Of a DNA stretch of 39,497 bases, positions 32,088-39,497 are shown piece after piece. How positions within the stretch are numbered: position 1 is the stretch's first letter; each line of letters starts with the position of its first letter. A model generated the notes under the pieces. The model made no database searches. It was not told the origin of the DNA and saw nothing but the letters and a program-made list of their open reading frames with translations. This DNA is from a virus (taxonomy: Duplodnaviria > Caudoviricetes). The stretch covers positions 1 through 39,497 of IMG/VR virus record IMGVR_UViG_3300037313_000691. One strand, 5' to 3'. A program made the translations under genes and the position numbers.

Positions 32088-33799
32088 TGAGACTCAAGGA
32101 TTGGGGCAAGGGGCTGAATCTAGACCAGCCCCCGTGGGAACTTGCGCCCGGATATTGGAGCGCCGGCCAGAACATCAGGTTCAGAGCCGGCAAGGCTCAA
32201 AGGGTAGGAGGGATTGCGTCTTCCCTCACTCCTTCGATCACGCCGTATTTCATCCTCCCCTATTCGTCGGGTGCGACGAGGTATGCGCTTTATGCAGGGC
32301 TGACGAAAGCTTACGTCCACGACGGGACAACCGAGACGGAAATCACGAGGACTTCGACCTCCGCCCCGGCCACGGTTTCCTCTGCCTCTGTTTCGGCTGG
32401 GACGTTGACGATTCAGACCTCTACAAACCACGGCCTGGCGACGAATGACATCGTGACGACGTATGGGTTCATGCCCACGACGTTCAACAAGACCAACAAG
32501 ACCATCACCGTCACCGACGCAACCCACTTCACGATTTCAGGAATTCCGGGCTCTGGTTCTGCTACGACGATAGGCGGCTACTCGGTTGTCTACCAAGCCG
32601 CAGCCTCGGTAACGAACTTCACTGGAGCAGTGGACGACAAGTGGACGGGTGGAAATTACAACGGGGTCGCGTGGATCAATTCGCCGGTTGATGGGTTTTT
32701 CTACTGGGACCAGACCGTCACCGGAAAGCTTCACTCATTCGCCGATTCAACGCTCACGAAGGCGGACGCAGCTCGCTCCTTCAAGAACTTCATGTTCTTT
32801 CTGGCCCCGACCACTGGCGGGACCAAATACCTGCATCGCGTGATGTGGAGCGCGTCAGCCGACCCCGGAACGGTCCCCACGACCGTCACGGCGGCAGCGA
32901 CGAACGATGCTGGGTCACAAGACCTCGTGTCCGATGGGAAGATGGTCGATTCTCTGGAGTGGGGGGATGTCCTCTACATCTACAAGCAGGACAAGAGGTT
33001 TTCTGCTCGGTACATCGGTGGACAATATGTATTCGACCTCCAGTTGGTGACGGGGAACCACAAGGACGATGGGCTTCTAGCCCAGAACTGCGTAGTCAAC
33101 ACGCCCAAAGGACAAGTGTTCTTCACCGATGGGCACGACATCCGCATTCACACAGGAGGTGAGTCTCAGTCCCTTGCCATCGGGCGTGTTCTCGACTACG
33201 TCAAATCGAACATCGACACGACCTATCGGAAACGAGCGTTTCTCTGCGTCAACCCTCCATTCAATGAGGTTTGGATCTGCTACCCGAAGACGGGAAGCAC
33301 GACCTGTAATGAAGCGCTGATCTGGAACTGGGAAGACGATACATGGGGAATCAGAACCCTTACGAACGTCACCCACGCCTCGTCAGGCGAGTACCCCACG
33401 ACGATTGCGAACGACGCTCGTCTGTTGGTGTGCAACACCACTCCGAAGATTGGTCTTGCTGATTCTGGTTATACGGACTTCGGCTCAACGATCACGACAT
33501 ACGGTGAGCGGACTGGGTTGGATTTGGAGTCCCCTGGCTTCAAGATGATCTCTCGGTCCATGCCGAGATTCGATGGGTCCACCAATTTCACGGCATCGAT
33601 CTATCACGGAGCATCGAAGACGCAAGACGCAAGCCCGACGTATTCCTCCGCTTCGACCTACACCCATAACACCACGAGCTGGGTTCATTCTTTCTCTGGG
33701 TCGGGAAGGTATCTCGCATTCAAGTGGTCCACCACCGCGAGTGACACCCCCTCTCTCATCAGCGTGGATTTCGACATCAAGACGCAGGGGCAGTATTAG
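32087..33799 (+). CDS. Tail nozzle / DNA stabilisation protein (beta-propeller)
   Basis: GLNLDQPP...NIRFR, RVMWS..ADP, NEVWICYP, ALIWNWEDDTW, SGRYLAFK. Confidence 0.8.
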   Translation: MRLKDWGKGLNLDQPPWELAPGYWSAGQNIRFRAGKAQRVGGIASSLTPSITPYFILPYSSGATRYALYAGLTKAYVHDGTTETEITRTSTSAPATVSSASVSAGTLTIQTSTNHGLATNDIVTTYGFMPTTFNKTNKTITVTDATHFTISGIPGSGSATTIGGYSVVYQAAASVTNFTGAVDDKWTGGNYNGVAWINSPVDGFFYWDQTVTGKLHSFADSTLTKADAARSFKNFMFFLAPTTGGTKYLHRVMWSASADPGTVPTTVTAAATNDAGSQDLVSDGKMVDSLEWGDVLYIYKQDKRFSARYIGGQYVFDLQLVTGNHKDDGLLAQNCVVNTPKGQVFFTDGHDIRIHTGGESQSLAIGRVLDYVKSNIDTTYRKRAFLCVNPPFNEVWICYPKTGSTTCNEALIWNWEDDTWGIRTLTNVTHASSGEYPTTIANDARLLVCNTTPKIGLADSGYTDFGSTITTYGERTGLDLESPGFKMISRSMPRFDGSTNFTASIYHGASKTQDASPTYSSASTYTHNTTSWVHSFSGSGRYLAFKWSTTASDTPSLISVDFDIKTQGQY

Positions 33800-34380
33800 T
33801 GCTCACGTTTCACCATGACGAACCTCCGCAAGACGTAGAGCCGAGGTTGAGGACGTGGCTGTCCGACCTGTCTTCCAAGGTAAAAAAAGCCTCCACGACG
33901 GCCGTTGATTTTCTGTATTTGCGAACGACCAACTCGGACCCGACAAGGTATCAGGACGGCGAGATTCGCATTGCAGACGGGACGAACTGGAACCCTCGCT
34001 TTGGTCAGGGCCCTTATTACTACTCATCAACCGACTCCGAGTGGAAGGGGTTTATATGGGTGGGTTCGGGTGGATCGGTCACTCAGTCCACGAACAAAAC
34101 AACCGCAGTCACGCTCGATAAGACCACTGGGCAGATCACGATGAACAACGCCAACCTCGCGGCAGGTGCGCAGGTGGCTTTCACGTTCAACAACGCAACC
34201 CTCAAAGCCAATGACCTGCTGGTGATCAACCAGCAGAACTCGACATTGGGGGCGTACATCTTTAATCCCGTCATCACGGCGGCGGGGTCGGCAACGATCA
34301 CCGTGACGAACATTTCTGCCGGCGCTTTGGCAGAGGCGGTTCGGTTTCGATTCACTCGGATTCCGGGGAGCACAAGCTAG
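33799..34380 (+). CDS. Tail-associated protein
   Basis: ADGTNWNP..G.G.YYY, then GGSVTQSTNKTTAVTLDKTTGQITMNNA. Confidence 0.7.
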   Translation: MLTFHHDEPPQDVEPRLRTWLSDLSSKVKKASTTAVDFLYLRTTNSDPTRYQDGEIRIADGTNWNPRFGQGPYYYSSTDSEWKGFIWVGSGGSVTQSTNKTTAVTLDKTTGQITMNNANLAAGAQVAFTFNNATLKANDLLVINQQNSTLGAYIFNPVITAAGSATITVTNISAGALAEAVRFRFTRIPGSTS

Positions 34381-35268
34381 ATGGCAAATCTCACGCAGGA
34401 CCAGATCAATCAACTCATGCAGGCTTACGGCCAGCAAGGGTTGGGGGGAAATTCCCAGATCAACGGTCAATATTTCGCTCCCGCAGGCGTTCAGTCCGTC
34501 ACTGATGGTGGTGTGCAAAACACGCTCAACGGGTTTTCTCAATACGACCCCAATCACCTGAACCCCGGCGACTCGTATCAATACTTCGACCCCAACGGGC
34601 AAAGTGCCGGTACTCGCCAATGGCAGAACGGCAACGACCCCAAGATGCTGATGCTGGCTCTCGCGGCTGCGGGGGGCATGGGTGCGTTTCTTCCTGGCGG
34701 ATTCATGGCGGGGGGCGCTGGGATGGGCGGCGCGGGCTTGGGCGCGGAAGTCGATCCGATGATGTATGGTGGGTCGGGTGCGGGGACGTGGGGTGGTGCT
34801 GCGAACACAGCCGCGATGGGTGCTGGTGGTTCCGCATTCAGCCCCGCAGTCGATAGTCAACTTGCGAGTTCACAACTTGGGTTGACGGCCGCAGATACAT
34901 CGGCTGGCGGCATTCCCAGCGTGGGCACCGCTGGCAATATGGCTGTCGGTTCGGGTGGGAGTGGGTTTTCTCTATCCAACCTTCTGCCAAGCAGCATGAG
35001 TGGCGTCGGCGGTCTTCTGGCCCCAATCATTGGCGCTGCTCTCGGGTCCAAAGGCCAACAAAGCTCGACCACCCAAACCCGCGACATTCCCGACTGGCTC
35101 AAACCCTACGTGCAAAAGCAGCTCGGATATGCGGGTGGTCTTCTGGACCAACAGATGAAGCCTGAATACATGCAAGGGGCGACGGACATCCGTAATCAAG
35201 CCTTGCAGGGACTTCTCGCAGGCCCACAGCAAAACGCGAACTTCGCTCGATTCTTCCCGGGACATTGA
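34381..35268 (+). CDS. Probable DNA ejection (internal virion) protein
   Basis: Gly/Ala-rich; IIGAALGSKG, PDWLKPY. Confidence 0.65.
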   Translation: MANLTQDQINQLMQAYGQQGLGGNSQINGQYFAPAGVQSVTDGGVQNTLNGFSQYDPNHLNPGDSYQYFDPNGQSAGTRQWQNGNDPKMLMLALAAAGGMGAFLPGGFMAGGAGMGGAGLGAEVDPMMYGGSGAGTWGGAANTAAMGAGGSAFSPAVDSQLASSQLGLTAADTSAGGIPSVGTAGNMAVGSGGSGFSLSNLLPSSMSGVGGLLAPIIGAALGSKGQQSSTTQTRDIPDWLKPYVQKQLGYAGGLLDQQMKPEYMQGATDIRNQALQGLLAGPQQNANFARFFPGH

Positions 35269-35269
35269 C

Positions 35270-36250
35270 ATGCTGAATACGATGTATCAGATGGCGGGCT
35301 ACGCTCCTGCCGCGAGTACCGGCATGCCTCCTTCTCCGTGGGGATCTTCCGGTTTTCCTCCGGGTAGCATGGGGACTTCCCCTCCAGCCTACGGGCAGCC
35401 CCAGCAAACGCCGCCTTCGAGCGGCGTTTCTACTTCTGGGCCGTACTCGATGCCTTCCGGCTCATTCAGTGGGTCATCGTGGAACCCTGGCCAAGTGAGT
35501 AATTCATTCGGCCAGCAGGGCTACACGCCCAATCCGTATCTGACGAGTCAGATCAACGGGCTCGAACATCAGTACAACAACAACCTCACGCGAAACCTTC
35601 TGCCCGCGATTCAATCCGGGGCCGCAGCAGTGGGGGGAATTGGTGGATCGAGGCAGGGCATTGCCCAAGGATTGGCTGTCGGAGACTCACAGGCAGGCTT
35701 TGCCAACGCCGCGTCCAATCTCATGGGCCAGTCCTACGAGAACGACCAGAACCGAGCCCTGCAAGCGTATGGGATGAACTCCGCCCAGAACTTGGGGATG
35801 CTCAATTCCGACCGGAACTACGCACTCGGAGTGGGTGGGCTGAACAATCAGTACGGGCTTGGCATGGGCAATCTCGGGCTCGGCTACACGCAAGCCGCGA
35901 ATCAATATAGCCTTGGTCAGCAGCAGAACGCGAACAACCGATACGGCCTTGACTTGAACTACCAGCTTGGCGTTGGAAATCAAGGGCTGGAGAACCAGAA
36001 TCAACAGCTCAATTTCTTCAACCAGCAAGGCTCGCAGGATATCCAGCGTTACCTCGCGCAGTTGCAGGGCTACCAGGTCGGAACCAACTCGCCGTGGGGG
36101 CCACTGACCAACTTCGGCCAAATCACCTCTCCCTACACCGGCAACGGTACGACCACGCAGGACAGCTCGCAGGGTGGTGGAGCTCTTGGCGGGTTCGGCG
36201 GTGCTCTAGGTGCCATGCAGTTGTGGCAACTGATGAACGGAGGCCACTAA
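35270..36250 (+). CDS. Probable DNA ejection protein
   Basis: G/Q/N-rich; NPYL, GGSRQGIAQG, C-terminal GGALG. Confidence 0.7.
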   Translation: MLNTMYQMAGYAPAASTGMPPSPWGSSGFPPGSMGTSPPAYGQPQQTPPSSGVSTSGPYSMPSGSFSGSSWNPGQVSNSFGQQGYTPNPYLTSQINGLEHQYNNNLTRNLLPAIQSGAAAVGGIGGSRQGIAQGLAVGDSQAGFANAASNLMGQSYENDQNRALQAYGMNSAQNLGMLNSDRNYALGVGGLNNQYGLGMGNLGLGYTQAANQYSLGQQQNANNRYGLDLNYQLGVGNQGLENQNQQLNFFNQQGSQDIQRYLAQLQGYQVGTNSPWGPLTNFGQITSPYTGNGTTTQDSSQGGGALGGFGGALGAMQLWQLMNGGH

Positions 36251-37891
36251 ATGGCGGGTCTTCTCGACATCCTCGGAACCTCGATGGACGACCCGAAGAC
36301 GATGGGCCTTCTCGCACTCGCGGGCTCAATGGTCAAAGGAGACTTCGGCGGCGGTCTTCTTGGGTATGGGCAGGCTTACCAAGGGGCGCAGGACAATTTG
36401 CTCAAGCGCGACCTGACCAAAGCCCAGCTTGACAACCTCAAGAGCGAAGTCGAAGCGCGCAATGCCGCTCTGGATCGGCAGAAACAGCTCATGGGCCTGC
36501 TCCCTCGGGTCCTTGGGGCGACACAACCCGCACAACAAGGCCAGCTCGGCTCCGGCACGTTCGGAATTATGCCGACAGCGCAAGGGGTTCCTGCGATCCC
36601 CCAAGGCAGTGGCGGCATCGGTAACGCAAACATCAGCGACCTCGCCACGATTGAAGCTTTGGGTGGCCCGAAGCTGCTGGACTACTACAAAGCCCAGAAC
36701 GAAGGCTTTGAGCGCAAGCCCGGGTCTTTCTACGACCTACCGGGCAAGGGCCGTCAATACATCGCGGACCCGACCAAGGGTGTCGATTTCCAGGGCGGTC
36801 GCGTGAGTGCCCTTCCGGGGTATGCCGATTTCCTGACCCAACAAACATTGGCGACGGAAGCGCCGAAGACGCTCCTTTCATCGGCTGCAACCATCAACCT
36901 GCGCGACAACCCGGATGGGACAAAGAGCCCCGTATCCGCACTTCAGGAAAACCCGACGCTCCAGAATGTCCTCGGCGGAGTATTCGGCCAACGTCAAATT
37001 CAGCCTCGCCCGCAACCGGCTCCCGTTCAACAACCGATCGTCACACCTCAATCGGGCGTCGTTGGCAAGTTCGAGGGCGACCCGGCTGCTGTTTCTTCCG
37101 CTATCGAGAACATCCGCGACCCGCAAGAGCGCACAAATGCTCGCGCTGCTTTTGAGCAGCAGATGCGTGCGAATAACGGCCAACTGCCGATCACCTACGG
37201 CAAGACCACAGCGCAAGAGTCTCGGGACACAGCCAACAAAGCATTCCTCGAAGGCCGTGCAAAGGACTCCAACGCTTACGAAAGCAACCTGAATGGGCGT
37301 GTGGCGCAGGGCACTGAGCTGAACATGCGCCTGCAAGAACAACTTGCGGCGTTGCAAAACTTCCGCGCAGGTGGTGGAGCTGAGACGCGCGCGCAGCTTG
37401 CTCAAATGGCCCAAGCCATTCCCGGTATTCCTCAATCAGTTGTCAACGGTATCGCGGGGGGGAGTCTCGCTTCAATGCAGGAATTCAATAAGCTTGCAGC
37501 TCAGACCGCAATGGAGCAGTTGAAGCAATCGATGGGCGGGGCCGGTCGAATCTCGCAGTACGAGTTCAAGGTCTTCCAGAACAACAACCCGAACCTCTCA
37601 ACGGACCCCGACGCCATCCGCAAAATCTTCGAGTTCAACAACAAGATTTACCGGCGCGATCTTTCCGAGCAGCAGGCGTTCAATGCTCACATCAACTCAG
37701 GCGGAAACCCCGGCGATTTCCCGGCCCAGTGGGCGCAGCGTCTTGCAGCCTCTGGCGTTACTGTGCCAGACATGAACACCAACGCCACGCAGGCGGCGAG
37801 CCTTCCGACTCCGGTAAAGGGGATGGTGCGAAACGGCTACCGCTTCAAAGGCGGAGATCCGTCTAATCCCAATAGTTGGGAGAAACAGTAA
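36251..37891 (+). CDS. Probable DNA ejection protein
   Basis: MAGLLD start, GRISQYE, C-terminal NGYRFKGGDPSNPNSWEK. Confidence 0.7.
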   Translation: MAGLLDILGTSMDDPKTMGLLALAGSMVKGDFGGGLLGYGQAYQGAQDNLLKRDLTKAQLDNLKSEVEARNAALDRQKQLMGLLPRVLGATQPAQQGQLGSGTFGIMPTAQGVPAIPQGSGGIGNANISDLATIEALGGPKLLDYYKAQNEGFERKPGSFYDLPGKGRQYIADPTKGVDFQGGRVSALPGYADFLTQQTLATEAPKTLLSSAATINLRDNPDGTKSPVSALQENPTLQNVLGGVFGQRQIQPRPQPAPVQQPIVTPQSGVVGKFEGDPAAVSSAIENIRDPQERTNARAAFEQQMRANNGQLPITYGKTTAQESRDTANKAFLEGRAKDSNAYESNLNGRVAQGTELNMRLQEQLAALQNFRAGGGAETRAQLAQMAQAIPGIPQSVVNGIAGGSLASMQEFNKLAAQTAMEQLKQSMGGAGRISQYEFKVFQNNNPNLSTDPDAIRKIFEFNNKIYRRDLSEQQAFNAHINSGGNPGDFPAQWAQRLAASGVTVPDMNTNATQAASLPTPVKGMVRNGYRFKGGDPSNPNSWEKQ

Positions 37892-39306
37892 TGGCGCTTC
37901 CGTGGGAGGAGTACGCCACGGCGCAGACGCCTCCGTGGCAGGAGTATTCGGCTGCGTCGAGGATCAACAACGATGCGATTAGCCAAGGCGCGCGCGCATT
38001 TCCCGGTCAAGGCTCCGACGCTCTCGGCGGTCTTTCGCAATTCGCGTTGAATTTGCTCGGCGGCGGGGTGCGCGGCGCAGGTTCGATTGGGTCCACGCTT
38101 GCTCGTCCGTTCGAGTCATCCCAAGACAACGCAGAAAGGCGAGCGCGAATCGATCAGAACATGCAGATGGTCGGGGCGCAGCCTAATTCATTCGCGTATC
38201 AGGGTGGGAAGCTGGGGGCTGAAATCGCAGGGACTGCGGCTATTCCCGGCATGGCCGGGAAATCGGCGGCAGCACTTCTTCCGGCTCTCGGCGTGTCCGC
38301 TCCAGTGGCGAATACCGTTGCAACCGCGCTTGCGACGGGCGGTTTCCGTGCTCCTGGCGCAAGCGGCATCCCGGCTCTTGCATTACGTATGGGAGCTGGC
38401 GGGTTGACGGGCGGGGCTGCGGCTGGGCTGGTTGATCCGACGCAGGCTGGTGACGGGGCCTTGATCGGCGCGCTTCTTCCGCCAAGTGTTCAGATGGCTG
38501 GGGCGGTCGGGCGCATGGCCTCGGACGCAATGAAGAACGGCGCTCGATCATTGATGCAATCGGCTGCGAAGCCCACACTTGCACAACTTAAATCGGGAGA
38601 CGCGGCAACAGCCATCGATACGATGCTCAAGAACGGCATCAGCCCGAACATGCGTGGTGTCGAAAAGGTTCAAGGGCTCGTGGATGCGACGGACCAGCGA
38701 ATTTCGGATGCCATTGCCAACTCAACTGCGACTATCGATAAGGCGAACGCCTTGGCTCCCGTGCTCCAAACGCGCGCGCAGTTTGGCACTCAAGTTAGTC
38801 CAGGCTCCGACTTGCAAGCCATTGACGGCGCGGTTTCTGGGTTCCTGAACCACCCAACCTATCCGGGAATGGATTTGTCCGTGCAGGACGCCCAAGCATT
38901 GAAGCAGGGGACGTATCGAGTTCTCGCGAAGAAATACGGCCAGCTCGGGAGCGCAGATACCGAAGCGCAAAAGGCACTCGCTCGCGGACTGAAAGACCAG
39001 ATCGCCGCTGCCGTGCCCAGCGTGTCTCAGGACAATGCACAGTTGTCGAATCTTCTGAGCACACTGGACGTGATCCAGCGCCGAGCATTGATGGAGGGGA
39101 ACAAGAACCCCTTCGGCCTCGGCTTGCTGGCCCCTTCAAAGGCCGGGCTTCTCGGGTTTCTCGCGGATCGCAGCGGTGCGCTGAAAGCACTGGCGGCGCG
39201 CGGGATGTATTCGGCTTCTGATGTTCCTGTGACGGGGCTTCTGCAAAACCCCGCCCTCATCCCGTATGTCAGGCAAGGGTTGTTGGCTACCGAAGCCAGC
39301 CCATGA
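37891..39306 (+). CDS. Probable DNA ejection protein
   Basis: PWEEY repeats and Gly/Ala-rich hydrophobic segments. Confidence 0.7.
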   Translation: MALPWEEYATAQTPPWQEYSAASRINNDAISQGARAFPGQGSDALGGLSQFALNLLGGGVRGAGSIGSTLARPFESSQDNAERRARIDQNMQMVGAQPNSFAYQGGKLGAEIAGTAAIPGMAGKSAAALLPALGVSAPVANTVATALATGGFRAPGASGIPALALRMGAGGLTGGAAAGLVDPTQAGDGALIGALLPPSVQMAGAVGRMASDAMKNGARSLMQSAAKPTLAQLKSGDAATAIDTMLKNGISPNMRGVEKVQGLVDATDQRISDAIANSTATIDKANALAPVLQTRAQFGTQVSPGSDLQAIDGAVSGFLNHPTYPGMDLSVQDAQALKQGTYRVLAKKYGQLGSADTEAQKALARGLKDQIAAAVPSVSQDNAQLSNLLSTLDVIQRRALMEGNKNPFGLGLLAPSKAGLLGFLADRSGALKALAARGMYSASDVPVTGLLQNPALIPYVRQGLLATEASP

Positions 39307-39373
39307 ATCCCGCAATGAACGCCAGCACGACCAGAACAGCCGCCTTGACGAGCATGTAGCCAACAAAAGTCAT
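39287..39373 (-). CDS. 28-aa hydrophobic peptide antisense to late operon
   Basis: MTFVGYMLVKAAVLVVLAFIAGFMGWLR*; TAGAAT -10 box 7 nt upstream. Confidence 0.55.
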   Translation of the reverse strand: MTFVGYMLVKAAVLVVLAFIAGFMGWLR

Positions 39374-39391
39374 CCCGCCAATTCTAGCCAC

Positions 39392-39420
39392 AGCCCGCCC
39401 CTGAGCGGGCTTTTTCTTTT
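39392..39420 (+). terminator. Intrinsic terminator
   Basis: AGCCCGC-CCCTGA-GCGGGCT-TTTTCTTTT. Confidence 0.85.
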
Positions 39421-39437
39421 CCGAAAGAGCCATCCCC

Positions 39438-39497
39438 ATGTTGAGAGCAGTCGCAAATATCCCCCTCTACATCGGTTCGTACACCTACGCAACCCTG
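39438..39497 (+). CDS. 5' end of next late gene (partial)
   Basis: ATG opens MLRAVANIPLYIGSYTYATL to the window edge. Confidence 0.45.
   Translation, partial: MLRAVANIPLYIGSYTYATL

Overview
About 39.5 kb of a temperate, short-tailed (P22/podovirus-like) dsDNA phage with lambdoid organisation. The GC-rich sequence and gene types suggest a proteobacterial, possibly betaproteobacterial, host (inference). Phage genes flank both sides of an attP (3' half of tRNA-Cys, 4544-4590), so this is the non-integrated form. Order: end of the lysis module; accessory genes (HslV-like Thr protease, metallophosphoesterase); a promoter, leader ORF and 4-tRNA array; leftward early genes (integrase, xis, a block of cassette-like genes including a radical SAM and DUF1643, RecT, a 12-bp-repeat protein pair); immunity region (pL/pR with shared operators, cI, cro, cII-like); replication, nin and Q-like genes; tRNA-Gly; terminases, portal, scaffold, capsid, head-tail and ejection genes. 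The two most unusual signals are (1) six consecutive gene junctions at 6058-8526 sharing a bipartite motif (TGGCGTG...GTAAC) that delimits single-gene cassettes, and (2) a leaderless Thr/Ser/Ala/Arg-rich leader ORF with alternative hairpins directly ahead of non-canonical Thr/Ala/Ser tRNAs, two of which have C33 instead of U33. All protein calls are motif recognition by eye, not database searches.
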